Shown here in pieces: positions 41,841 to 51,651 of a DNA stretch of 64,000 bases. Source of the stretch: Candidatus Doudnabacteria bacterium (GTDB lineage: Bacteria; Patescibacteriota; JAQUNI01); assembly GCA_041644975.1 (NCBI GenBank), contig JBAZQX010000007.1:1906-65905 (forward strand), read 5' to 3'. The notes under the pieces are model-generated. The model ran no database searches and was not told the origin of the DNA. It saw only the letters and a program-made list of their open reading frames with translations. Made by a program: the position numbers and the translations under genes. Positions within the stretch are counted from its first letter, which is position 1, and each line of letters starts with the position of its first letter.

Positions 41841-43121
41841 TTAGAACCCCATAGCAATGGCTTTAGCACCAATATCTTTTCGATACTGCATGCCCTTGAA
41901 CTTAATTTGGTGAACTGCTTCGTACGCCCGATCAAGAGCTTCTTGAAGAGTTTTACCGACTGCTGTGACTCCGAGAACGCGTCCGCCAGAAGTCCGAAGT
42001 TGGTCGCTACACATTGTGCCAGCGTGGAAAACGACAATGCCCGGGACTTTCTCTGCTTCGCTGATTCCAAATATCGGAATTCCCTTTTTGTACTTTCCCG
42101 GATATCCACCAGAAGCAAGAACAACGCAAACGGCGAAACCGAAATTCCATTCAACTGCAAGGTCGGCGAGTTTGCCGTCAACGCATGCGTCTAAAACATC
42201 AAGCAAATCTGTTTTTAGGAGTCGCATGTAGCTTTGCGTTTCGGGGTCGCCGAATCTTGCGTTGAATTCAAGCACTTTCGGCCCCTCGTCTGTCATCTTG
42301 AGTCCGGGGTACAAACAGCCAGTAAACGGCTTTCCTTTCTTCGCAAGCGCTTGCAAAGTCGGACGAACGATTTGCTCGTTTACTTCTCGCAAGGTCTGAT
42401 CCGTAACCCACGGCACAGGTGCGATTGTCCCCATACCGCCAGTATTCTTGCCCTTATCGCCGTCGAAAATCGGCTTGTGGTCTTGCGCGGTAGGTAATAG
42501 GATTGAGGTTTTGCCGTCACAGAGAGCGTGAATAGAAACCTCTTGTCCATTCAGAAACTCCTCGACGATAACTTCATTGCCTGCTTGTTTGTAAGCGTGC
42601 TCAAGCATGATTTCTGCCAGAGCTTTCACGGCTTTAGCAAGCGTCTTACAGGGATATGCGCCTTTGCCAAGAGCCAATCCGCTTGCTTTCACGACAATCG
42701 GCGCCCCATGTTTGCGGACATATTCTAAAGCACTTTCATACTTTCGAAATATCCGAAATGGCGCAGTCGGGATATCACTATCGTGCATAAGTCGTTTGGC
42801 AAACGCTTTAGACGCTTCAATCTGTGCTGCGGCACGAGTGGGTCCGAAAATGCGTAAGCCATGAGATTGAAAAACATCAACTATACCAAGCGCAAGCGGG
42901 TCGTCAGGACCGACTACTGTCAGATGAATTGAATTCTTTTCAGCAAAACGATCCAAACCTCTGGCGTCTGTGGCTTCAATCGCAATATTTTCAGCAATAT
43001 CACAAGTGCCGCCATTTCCAGGTGCAACATACAACTTGCCAATGCGTGATGATTGAGCGAGTTTCCATGCGAGCGCATGCTCTCTTCCGCCACCACCGAT
43101 AATTAAGACATTGCTGATCAT
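41841..43121 (-). CDS. purD: Phosphoribosylamine-glycine ligase
   Basis: IGGGGREHAL, KASGLALGKG, QDHK, NTGGMG, EFNARFGDPE; AAGGAG before ATG at 43121. Confidence 0.97.
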   Translation of the reverse strand: MISNVLIIGGGGREHALAWKLAQSSRIGKLYVAPGNGGTCDIAENIAIEATDARGLDRFAEKNSIHLTVVGPDDPLALGIVDVFQSHGLRIFGPTRAAAQIEASKAFAKRLMHDSDIPTAPFRIFRKYESALEYVRKHGAPIVVKASGLALGKGAYPCKTLAKAVKALAEIMLEHAYKQAGNEVIVEEFLNGQEVSIHALCDGKTSILLPTAQDHKPIFDGDKGKNTGGMGTIAPVPWVTDQTLREVNEQIVRPTLQALAKKGKPFTGCLYPGLKMTDEGPKVLEFNARFGDPETQSYMRLLKTDLLDVLDACVDGKLADLAVEWNFGFAVCVVLASGGYPGKYKKGIPIFGISEAEKVPGIVVFHAGTMCSDQLRTSGGRVLGVTAVGKTLQEALDRAYEAVHQIKFKGMQYRKDIGAKAIAMGF

Positions 43122-43315
43122 AGTTTTCTCTCCTTTCTTGCTAATGTGCAGTTTATCTATTTTAGCCATATCTATCTAAAATATAGCTCAAAAATAAAAA
43201 AACCGAAACTAAATTCGGAATCAGATATGAAAAAATTTTCTTTTACTTTGAATTCAATTCAAAAAACGAAACCGCCGATTGATTTTTTAGGCCAACCCGC
43301 CTGCTCACAAGCCTG

Positions 43316-43535
43316 TGCCCCTGAGAAGAATCGAACTTCTATCTAGGGCTTAGGCCCTGCACCAGAGCAAAGCTCGGTACAGGGTAAAAGTCCCTTGTTC
43401 CCCGCCCGCCTGACTCGTCTGGTGCCCTCATCTGGAATCGGACCAGAATCTAGGGCTTAGGAGTCCCTTGTTCTATCCATTGAACTATGAGGGCGTCAGG
43501 CGAGTCGGGCGGGTATCCGCTTAAGCTACAGGGGC
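43316..43535 (-). pseudogene. tRNA-Arg(CCT) pseudogene split by two insertions
   Basis: 43514-43535 + 43389-43400 + 43316-43354 join into a full cloverleaf with GCCCCTG/CAGGGGC acceptor. Confidence 0.85.
43420..43494 (-). tRNA. tRNA-Arg(CCT), intact with encoded CCA, nested in the pseudogene
   Basis: GCCCTCA/TGAGGGC acceptor, AGGGA-CTCCTAA-GCCCT, TCTGG/CCAGA T stem, ACCA. Confidence 0.9.
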
Positions 43536-43652
43536 AAAAACAAATTAAAAATAAAAAATTTAAAATTACAAATATATACAAATTATATTCTTTAATTCAT
43601 TGCTTGTAAATTTTTCTGATGCTAGAATGAGTGGAATTACTAAAAATAGAAA

Positions 43653-45149
43653 ATGAAAATTAAGATTAAAAATAGCATCACTTTTTTAAAATATTTTTTC
43701 TTTTTTCTTTTTGTCTTCTCTATCCCCTTTCAGAAACGGCATATTTTTTCTGATTACCCTATTGCGGGAGAATTTAATGAATGGACGGCAATCAGTATTT
43801 ATGTTTCAGATATTCTTTTATTCTTAAGTTTGATCTTTTGGCTTGGCGAACTTGTTATTTCTAGAAATCATTTAAGATTACGGAATATTATAACCCCTCT
43901 TAATCTCCCCTTGTCAGGGGAGAAATATACCCCCCTGATAAGGGGGGTTAGGGGGGTTTTAAATTATTTCCGTGAGGGCATACTAAATCTTAAAAAGAAA
44001 AATAAATTATTGATTATTGGTTACTGGCTGCTGGTTACCCTGCTCGCCATTGCTTTTTTTTCCTTAATTAATGCCCAAAATTTAAACATTGCCCTCTTCC
44101 GTCTATTAAAATTAGGGGAGGTAATTCTCTTATTTATTTTTGTTGTCTTCAACTTTGGCTCAAAAAAATTACGGCTACTTTTGTATTTATTTTTACTGAC
44201 TAGCGGAATAGTTCAAGGAATGATCGCAGTAGGACAGTATTTTCACCAGCATTCTCTGGGTCTCAAAATTTTAGGCGAGAATGATCTTGCCCCTAACATA
44301 ATTGGCGTGGCAAAGATAGTCGTCAACGGCGACAAAATCATCCGTGCTTACGGCGCCTTCCCCCACCCCAACATTTTAGGCGGCTTTTCAATCGCCGCTA
44401 TTTTATTTTGTTTTTACCTATGGACCAAAATACCAAAGGTAAAATGGGACAAATCTCTAAAAATCATCCTCCTTATCATTCTTTCTCTCTTTACCATCAC
44501 CATCACCATCACCTTTTCCCGCACGGCTTGGCTAGGACTCATCATCGCTTTATTGGGCTTGCTCATCATTAACCTCCACAAAATCAAAAACTACGTTCCC
44601 GTTTTCGGCGTGATTATTATCACCGCTTTGATTCTATTTTATTTCCTCCAGCCCCAAATTTTAACTCGCCAAACGATTAGTGATTCTTCAGGGGATTTCG
44701 CTCTCACAAACCGCGCGTTTTTAAACCAAATTGCCTTGCTCATAATTGCCAAACACCCTCTTTTAGGGGTCGGAATAGGTAATTTCGTGCCTAGCATCCC
44801 TGACTTTACCCCGTTAGATAGTAAACATCTAACGGGGTTTACTAAAATGAACCTTCCTGCTTGGCGCTATCAGCCAAGCCACAATCTCTATTTGGCTATG
44901 GCTTCAGAGACAGGTCTCCCTAGTTTATTGATCTTTCTAACCTTTTTATACTTAACCATTGCTCACGCTCTCGGGCAGATTCGGAACGACCCTGAAATCG
45001 GAATTCTGTTTTGGATTTTAATTGCTTACCTCTTTATTAGCTGCTTGGACCACTACTTTTATGATCTCCAACAAGGAATCCTATTATTTTGGCTTATCTT
45101 GGGGATAATTTGGGTAATTATTTTACAAAAATCTAAAAATGTTGCATAA
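43653..45149 (+). CDS. O-antigen ligase/O-oligosaccharyltransferase family membrane protein
   Basis: RAYGAFPHPNILG, TFSRTAW, PLLGVGIGNF, HNLYL...ETG, DHY. Confidence 0.88.
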   Translation: MKIKIKNSITFLKYFFFFLFVFSIPFQKRHIFSDYPIAGEFNEWTAISIYVSDILLFLSLIFWLGELVISRNHLRLRNIITPLNLPLSGEKYTPLIRGVRGVLNYFREGILNLKKKNKLLIIGYWLLVTLLAIAFFSLINAQNLNIALFRLLKLGEVILLFIFVVFNFGSKKLRLLLYLFLLTSGIVQGMIAVGQYFHQHSLGLKILGENDLAPNIIGVAKIVVNGDKIIRAYGAFPHPNILGGFSIAAILFCFYLWTKIPKVKWDKSLKIILLIILSLFTITITITFSRTAWLGLIIALLGLLIINLHKIKNYVPVFGVIIITALILFYFLQPQILTRQTISDSSGDFALTNRAFLNQIALLIIAKHPLLGVGIGNFVPSIPDFTPLDSKHLTGFTKMNLPAWRYQPSHNLYLAMASETGLPSLLIFLTFLYLTIAHALGQIRNDPEIGILFWILIAYLFISCLDHYFYDLQQGILLFWLILGIIWVIILQKSKNVA

Positions 45150-45190
45150 TCAGATTTTTTTCTGCATCTCATTTTTCTAATAGTTTGACC

Positions 45191-45218
45191 TGTGGATAAC
45201 TCCATCTACTTATTCACA
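45191..45218. promoter_or_regulatory. Two DnaA-box-like sites
   Basis: TGTGGATAA (perfect, reverse strand) and TTATTCACA (one mismatch). Confidence 0.45.
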
Positions 45219-45310
45219 TACTACTTATTTTATTTAATACAAGCCAAAATATATAGATTGACAAATACATAGAAGATGTTACTATCCGATATGTAAAAAA
45301 ATATTAAAAA

Positions 45311-45326
45311 TGTTCCACGTGGAACA
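45311..45326. promoter_or_regulatory. parS site
   Basis: Perfect palindrome TGTTCCACGTGGAACA matching the ParB consensus. Confidence 0.85.
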
Positions 45327-45343
45327 TTTTTAATTTCCTTAAA

Positions 45344-45562
45344 TTACGAAACTCCCTCCCCTTGCCTCCCGCGGAGTAATCTAACTCCCTCCCTGACAAG
45401 GGAGGGGAAGGCCTGCCCGCCATCGCTTCGCCTGCCCGCAACGCCTTGCGGCTAGCATGGCGGGCGTGGCTTCAGGCGAGGCGGGCGGGGGAGGGTTAAA
45501 AGGATTTATTCTCTCTCTTACCTGAATTAAACCCCTCTCTAATCTCCCCTTGTCAGGGGAGA
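45344..45562 (+). repeat. C/G-run hairpin repeat, direct copy of 47291-47429, with nested GC element
   Basis: ttacgaaactc...acccctctctaatctccccttgtcaggggaga; insert 45412-45489 is absent from the other copy. Confidence 0.8.
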
Positions 45563-45611
45563 AGTTTACCCTCCTCTAGGTAAGGGGGAATATATTGGAA
45601 TGAATCCTTGC

Positions 45612-46346
45612 TTATTGTACACCCAAACTCCATAAAAGCTTAAATTTTTGTTCCTCCATCTTTGCCAGATCAGGACTCCGCGTGACCACACCTATTAATT
45701 CTTTAATTGAGGATATAAGGGCTATTTTATCCTGAAAAATAAACATAGAACTGGGGAAAAAATAACCATCAGGCAAGAATCTAGTCTCCCGTAAATTCTC
45801 CTTGGCTGTCTTTTTTAAAAGCAATGCGTCTTTATCAAAAAAAACTAAGGCTTTAAATTTGATATCTTTCTTTAAACGGGCCGGAATATAATACTCATAA
45901 TCATATTCTCGGCTAATAATCTTATAAATATCTTTCACAGAGCCAATATACATAATTTCGCTATGCGGCTTCTCTAATGTTTGTTCCAAAATGCTAAAGC
46001 ACCCCTCTCTGCCCTCATAAAAACGCACTTCCGGCCTTGGTTCTTCCAAATTTTTCGCTAATGCTTGCAATTGCGGCATTATCTGTCTTAAAGCGCTTTG
46101 TCTCTCTTTAAGAATAAAATTCAATTTTTGCGGTTCCTCCGCGATAAATTTCTTGGTATTCTTTGATTGATAATAACTCATCAGCCCTTTTTGGATTAAA
46201 GAATCAACCACTACGTAAACAGTGGTTCTTTTAATTTTGGACTTACGGGCAATATCGGGAATTTTTGAGGGACCGAGTTCTAGGTTCGCCAAATATATCC
46301 TGGCTTCTTTCTCGGACAAACCTATTTTTTGAAGATGCTTTAACAT
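45612..46346 (-). CDS. TrmB-family transcriptional regulator
   Basis: LQKIGLSEKEARIYLA...IKRTTVY, VRFYEGREG. Confidence 0.85.
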   Translation of the reverse strand: MLKHLQKIGLSEKEARIYLANLELGPSKIPDIARKSKIKRTTVYVVVDSLIQKGLMSYYQSKNTKKFIAEEPQKLNFILKERQSALRQIMPQLQALAKNLEEPRPEVRFYEGREGCFSILEQTLEKPHSEIMYIGSVKDIYKIISREYDYEYYIPARLKKDIKFKALVFFDKDALLLKKTAKENLRETRFLPDGYFFPSSMFIFQDKIALISSIKELIGVVTRSPDLAKMEEQKFKLLWSLGVQ

Positions 46347-46519
46347 TCTTATTTGTCAATAATGTTGTCAACTTAGTTTTATGTTATCATAAGCAAAATA
46401 TAGTGTCAATATATAAAACTTGACAAAAGTATTGACAAAACTTTTAAGGTCATATAAACTAACCAGTTACTAATATAGACCGTTCTTTTTACACAATCAA
46501 TACAAAAGGAGGTTGTATT

Positions 46520-47194
46520 ATGAAGCTTAATGTTGTTCTCTTAAGTATAGGTACGGTATCTTTTATTTTCTTTTTAGTAGTCAATTTGGGAGGTTTTGGT
46601 GTTATTACCCCTCTTCAGATGGCAATTCTGAATTCATCTTCCATTATTGCTATAATGCTTTGTTGCTTAATTTGGGGGGTCTGCCGCTCATTAGAATGGC
46701 TCAATACTAAATTACAACAGGATATAGATAAATATCCGATAAGGAAAATAACCATGAAAGACCAGGCAAAAAACGCTGAAAAGGATTCAGATAAGGATCC
46801 AGCAGGAGAAATTGGTGTGGGGCGAGAACCCAGCAATCAACAAATAGAAAAGCCTCAGATGGAGGAGGATCTGAAGGAAGAAATTCAAACGCAATCAATG
46901 AATGTGGCTAAGATTAGAGAAAAGTATCTTTCTGCTTATTGCCTTTTAACCTGGGATGTTGGTAACGGGGAAAGGGTTGTCCTCGGCTATGCAGGAAAGA
47001 TATATAAGGAACTGAATGATGCCTTTACTGAACTGGCTGAAATTATGGCAAAGGAAACAGGGCGCGACATAATGGAACTTTGGGAATGGCCAGATGATTT
47101 GACTTTTTCATCGCCTGAATTTTTGCCTTGTTTAGAAAGATGTTTGGAAATTGTCCAAAGAGTACCCCGATATGTATCAAGATCCGGTTCCTAA
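46520..47194 (+). CDS. Hypothetical membrane protein
   Basis: AAGGAGG upstream, two N-terminal TMs, terminator at 47240-47269. Confidence 0.65.
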   Translation: MKLNVVLLSIGTVSFIFFLVVNLGGFGVITPLQMAILNSSSIIAIMLCCLIWGVCRSLEWLNTKLQQDIDKYPIRKITMKDQAKNAEKDSDKDPAGEIGVGREPSNQQIEKPQMEEDLKEEIQTQSMNVAKIREKYLSAYCLLTWDVGNGERVVLGYAGKIYKELNDAFTELAEIMAKETGRDIMELWEWPDDLTFSSPEFLPCLERCLEIVQRVPRYVSRSGS

Positions 47195-47529
47195 TTTCTA
47201 GATAAAAAATTGCCTGAAAATGGGGTTTTAAAAAATATGACCATCATCAAAACTAGATGATGGTTTTTTATTGTAATAATGACCTTATATTACGAAACTC
47301 ACTCCCCCCGCCTCCCGCGGGGAAATCTAACTCCCTCCCTGACAAGGGAGGGAAGGGGAGGGTTAAAAGAATTTATTCTTTCTCTTACTTGAATTAAACC
47401 CCTCTCTAATCTCCCCTTGTCAGGGGAGAGGTTTTCCCCTCCCTTGGCGAAGTAATAATCCCAATAATACTTATAAAAAGAGTAGAGACAGGTTTTAAAC
47501 CTGTCTCTACTCTTTAAAAACGATTTAAA

Positions 47530-47545
47530 TGTTCCACGTGGAACA
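47530..47545. promoter_or_regulatory. parS site
   Basis: Second TGTTCCACGTGGAACA. Confidence 0.85.
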
Positions 47546-47732
47546 TTTTTTGTAAAAATTTATGTAATCGGATTATATAATACTTTTATACTTTCGTCAA
47601 TCTATCTTATTGAGGCATACTTTAGCCAAGAAATGGCGCAAGGATAAGAAATATAGAACAATCAAGCTATTTTTCCCCACGATGTTTTGTAAATAATTTC
47701 ATTTCTGATTGCACAATTAGCTTTTGGTTTTG

Positions 47733-48116
47733 TCAAAAACGCATTACGCGATATAAATAGTCCACTCCCAATGTAAAAAGATTGGTCTTCAATTTAAAAA
47801 CATACAAAACAATCAAAAAGACGGTAAATCCCAAGGAAAGATACATTGCTTGGCGCAAATCTTGAAGCGAGGAACGTAAAGAAACAGGGTTAGCGATTTT
47901 CTTCTCCGGCTCAGATTTTCCCCGCGGCTCTTGGTGAATCCCTGGTTGCCCTTCCTCTCCAGGCTTCAATAATTCGTCTATTCGCGTTTCCTCCCGCGCC
48001 TCCTCAATTTCAGGCTCAAAAATTTTTTCATTTTGGATCGCGGGCGCGCTAAGCAGATGATGCGCCTTGCGAAACTTGCGGCTTTTGTTTTTATGAAAAC
48101 GATTTTTATGGCTCAT
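47733..48116 (-). CDS. Hypothetical protein with C-terminal TM
   Basis: Basic N-terminus, acidic middle, one TM. Confidence 0.6.
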   Translation of the reverse strand: MSHKNRFHKNKSRKFRKAHHLLSAPAIQNEKIFEPEIEEAREETRIDELLKPGEEGQPGIHQEPRGKSEPEKKIANPVSLRSSLQDLRQAMYLSLGFTVFLIVLYVFKLKTNLFTLGVDYLYRVMRF

Positions 48117-48215
48117 TTGATTACTTTTTTATTTCTGTATTTAAATATAGCATAATCAAGAAGCAAAAACAATAAAAAAAACGTTACCAAAGTTTTGGTA
48201 ACGCAAGAGAATGGA

Positions 48216-48617
48216 CTATGACCATCCATAATAGTCTGAAAGTGAGTATGGGCTCTCTAACTCAAATAGGTAGCCGCTGGGGTCAATGCAAATCTCCTCA
48301 TAATAATGGAGATCATAACTATAATTCCCCTTCTTAGCCTTCGCTAAGTAGGTGACATTGATATAGGTATCAGCCTTTGGCTCCACGGTCACGCTTTCAG
48401 TATAGCCAACCGTAAATTCCGCAGAACTATAATGCCGGCCATTGTAATAAAAGTCCCCCTGAATCCTGATGGTAATATTTTCCACACCATAAGTCTCATT
48501 CTTAACGTTCAGCTCAAACCCGGATTCATCCACGGGCGAGAGCCCAACGTAACAACCTGCCCATACACATATACTAACCAATATTACCAATATTAAAGCC
48601 ATCTTTTGCATTTCCAT
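48216..48617 (-). CDS. Hypothetical secreted protein or lipoprotein
   Basis: AGGAGG upstream, hydrophobic signal ending WAGC, Tyr-rich. Confidence 0.6.
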   Translation of the reverse strand: MEMQKMALILVILVSICVWAGCYVGLSPVDESGFELNVKNETYGVENITIRIQGDFYYNGRHYSSAEFTVGYTESVTVEPKADTYINVTYLAKAKKGNYSYDLHYYEEICIDPSGYLFELESPYSLSDYYGWS

Positions 48618-48758
48618 TACCTCCTGATTGATTAAACACTATAATCAAAGTACCACTCTCAATTTTTAAAGAGAGAATTAAGTATAGCATAAATATCGTA
48701 AAATGTCAAATAAATGTAGCAACTCAATATCCTGAAAACACTTTGTACCTTAACATTT

Positions 48759-48932
48759 TGTCATTGCGAGGAGGGCTTATAGTCAGATCCCTCGCTTCCG
48801 CTCGGGACAGGCTCCGCAATCTCATCGAGCTGTTATTCATACAGATTTAGGAGATTGCCTGCCCGCCATCGCTTCGCTTCAGGCGAGGCGGGCGGGCTTC
48901 GGTCGGCATTAGATGCCTCCCTCGCAATGACG
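48759..48932 (+). repeat. 135-bp CGTC-type element, copy B, with single nested insert
   Basis: Matches 63591-63725 plus insert 48858-48896. Confidence 0.85.
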
Positions 48933-49179
48933 ATACATTTCGTAATTCAAGGCTTTGTAAGTATTTCATAAGAAGTTTAAGATTCACCCTTACCTCTTGA
49001 TTCTTGCTTGCCCGCCGACTTGTCCTTCGTAGTCCGCCTCGGGCGGACGAAGTAGGAAGCCCAAAGGGGCGCAGGCGGGATTCCAGCTTCTATTCTTTAA
49101 ATTGACAAACAAGCCCAACTGAAGATATAATAAATGGGAAACCACGTGAGGTATCCCAATTATGAGCTAGAAATTAATC

Positions 49180-49644
49180 TTGAAATCAATGGTTTGGATT
49201 TTGATCCCGCTTATTTTAATTTTTTTATTGGCGATCTGGATTTTCTATCTGCATCACCATCTTTTTAAAATCCGCAACGCGAATAGAGAACTACTCAAAC
49301 AAGCCAAGGGGAGTAACCTGGAAGAGATCTTAAATCTGCAGAATCAGCATCTCAAGAAACATTCTGAAGAATTAAAGGATCTGCAGAATTTTACCAGCGA
49401 ACTGGAAAAAAATCTAGGCTTCACCATTCAAAAAGCCAATATCGTCCGATTTAACGCCTTTCCCGGCGAAGGCGGCGACCAAAGTTTCAGCGTCGCCCTC
49501 TTAGACCAACACCAAAACGGCGTGGTAATCTCTAATCTCCGAAACAGCAATAATGACCGCGCCTACGCCAAACCAGTCAAAAACGGCCAATCGCCATATC
49601 ATTTAACCAAAGAAGAATTAGAAGCTATTAACCCAAGGAAATAG
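49180..49644 (+). CDS. DUF4446-like protein
   Basis: TM, coiled coil, VRFNAF, GGDQSFSVALLD, YAKPV. Confidence 0.8.
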   Translation: MKSMVWILIPLILIFLLAIWIFYLHHHLFKIRNANRELLKQAKGSNLEEILNLQNQHLKKHSEELKDLQNFTSELEKNLGFTIQKANIVRFNAFPGEGGDQSFSVALLDQHQNGVVISNLRNSNNDRAYAKPVKNGQSPYHLTKEELEAINPRK

Positions 49645-49692
49645 GAAGACTCGCTTTTTTTAAAGTCTTCCGAAAATCCTTCTAAAATCTTT

Positions 49693-50079
49693 ATGAGTGA
49701 AAAAAATCACGAAGAAACTCAAGCGGAAACCATTGTGGGGCCTTCGGTTAAAGTAGAAGGGGAGTTGTCCTCCGAGGGCAATGTTCGGATCGACGGACAA
49801 GTGGCAGGCAATGTGCGAACCAGCCAAAATTTAGCTGTGGGGGAACAGGCTGTTATTTCCGCAAACGTGAAAGCCTTGAACGCGGTAATCGCGGGCAAAA
49901 TTAAAGGTAATATTACTGTAGAGGAAGCTTTGGAGATTACTGAAACTGGCCAAGTGGAAGGTGACATCACAGCCAAGATTATTTCCATTTCTCCGGGCGC
50001 TATCTTCCAAGGTCAATGCCAAATGCCTCTTCCCACCAACCAAGAAACGGAAATTGAAGTGGAAGAGGTAATGGAGTGA
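49693..50079 (+). CDS. Bactofilin
   Basis: TIVGPSVKVEGEL...RIDGQVAG...GAIFQGQCQM. Confidence 0.9.
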   Translation: MSEKNHEETQAETIVGPSVKVEGELSSEGNVRIDGQVAGNVRTSQNLAVGEQAVISANVKALNAVIAGKIKGNITVEEALEITETGQVEGDITAKIISISPGAIFQGQCQMPLPTNQETEIEVEEVME

Positions 50080-50267
50080 ATAATCTCAAATCTTAAAACT
50101 CAAAAGGCAAAACCACAACTCAAAACTCAAAACTAGAAAAATCGTCTTTAAAAAGAGAAACAACTAAAGGATCCTTTGGGGCAAGCCGCAAAATTCCTTG
50201 CTAACACGCGGGAGACAGTGGAATTATCAGTTTTGAATTTTGACATTTGAGTTTTGAGTTTAATCCA

Positions 50268-51137
50268 ATGTATTACTATATCTACGATTCCTTTCTAGAA
50301 AATCCAAAATATCGTAAAATCCTGGACCGGATTGAAATTAGACTGTCCGATCTTGCCATTGCGGGCGAAGCAAGCCATGTCCGTCCTTTAAGAAACCTAG
50401 AAGAAATTGTTTTAGAAGGACTCATACAAGGGAAACGCACGATTATCGCCGTAGGCAATGATTACACATTCAAAAAAATCGCGCATACTATTTTAAACCA
50501 GAGTGAAACCCCTCTCTCTGAAATCACGATTGGTATTATCCCAGTCGGGCAGCCAAACTTTATCAGTCAAGGACTTGGAGTGCCTATAAACGAGCTGGCT
50601 TGCGAAGTTATTTCCGGGCGGATTATTAAAATTATTGACGTCGGGAAGGTGAATTCCGAATATTTTCTCACCCAAGCGGTTTGCGGTTTCGGGGGAAGGA
50701 ATGAGGACCGCAATAAAAAAGGGAATCTATCTTATCTTCAATCCCTGCGTTATCGGTCCCAGGATGTCATTCTTAAAATTAACGATAAATTTCAAGTCCG
50801 CTTGGACTTATTTCACCTTGCCTTGGTAAATTTATCTTTAAAAAGAGAAGCCTTACCTCTTGCCAATCCTTGCGACGGAATTTTGAATGTGTTTGTGACC
50901 GCGAATCTTTCCCGCTTCTCTCTTTTAAAAAAACTAAAGCTCATGGAATCGGAAAGATATTCTCTGCTTCCCAAAACTTCTGTCTTTAAAGCGAGTAAAA
51001 TTGAAATCCTGTCGCCGCGCCAAGAGCAAATTGATATCTTGGGCGATTTGCAAAAAATAGGCCGCACGCCGGCGACCATTACAATTTTGCCCCGCAAATT
51101 AAGAGTGATTGTGGGGAAAGAAAGAGCATTTAATTAA
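50268..51137 (+). CDS. Diacylglycerol kinase-like protein (degenerate ATP motif)
   Basis: IIAVGNDYT, IGIIPVG, IDVGKVN, PCDG. Confidence 0.7.
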   Translation: MYYYIYDSFLENPKYRKILDRIEIRLSDLAIAGEASHVRPLRNLEEIVLEGLIQGKRTIIAVGNDYTFKKIAHTILNQSETPLSEITIGIIPVGQPNFISQGLGVPINELACEVISGRIIKIIDVGKVNSEYFLTQAVCGFGGRNEDRNKKGNLSYLQSLRYRSQDVILKINDKFQVRLDLFHLALVNLSLKREALPLANPCDGILNVFVTANLSRFSLLKKLKLMESERYSLLPKTSVFKASKIEILSPRQEQIDILGDLQKIGRTPATITILPRKLRVIVGKERAFN

Positions 51138-51316
51138 TTTTCTATGCCTTATAGACCTTTTGCAAAATAACCTTTTCTACTGCAATTGCCAGATTTCGGC
51201 TGCAAATGTTTCAGGGCTCGTTGCCGTATTTTAGCCAAATACGGCTTCCTCGCCCTTCAACATTTTCGCTCGAAATCTGTCAATTTCGTAACGAAAAATT
51301 ATTTCACAAAAGGTCT

Positions 51317-51562
51317 ATGAGTAAACACCGCCAAAATATTAAAAAATATTTTAAAGAACCATTTTATAATATCTCGGGTATTTTTGCGGATTATCTGCCA
51401 GTGCCTGTGCGCTGGCTCATCGGTCTTGTAATCGCGGGATTAATCTTGGTTTTTACCGGCTTCTGGGGCTTGGTTAAATTTATTTTAGGCCTCTTTTGGA
51501 TCAGCGCTGTTTTTTTAATTGCGGCTTTGATTTATCAAATTATTAAGAATAAGAAGAAATAA
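51317..51562 (+). CDS. Small membrane protein
   Basis: ATG at 51317, two TMs. Confidence 0.55.
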   Translation: MSKHRQNIKKYFKEPFYNISGIFADYLPVPVRWLIGLVIAGLILVFTGFWGLVKFILGLFWISAVFLIAALIYQIIKNKKK

Positions 51563-51651
51563 ATTCCATTGTTCAATTGTTATAAAAAGCAAATTTTCCT
51601 TTATTTAACAATGGAATAATTGAACCGCAAAAAAAATTCACAGCGAAAATT

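Noticed and set aside
41790-43102. Plus-strand ORFs opposite purD, and similar ones opposite nusA, infB, gyrA and rpsA
   Set aside because: Shadow frames of well-supported genes with no motifs.
45150-45340. Definitive oriC call
   Set aside because: Only two boxes, no dnaA, and by eye the plus strand looks C-rich on both sides; kept only as a hypothesis.
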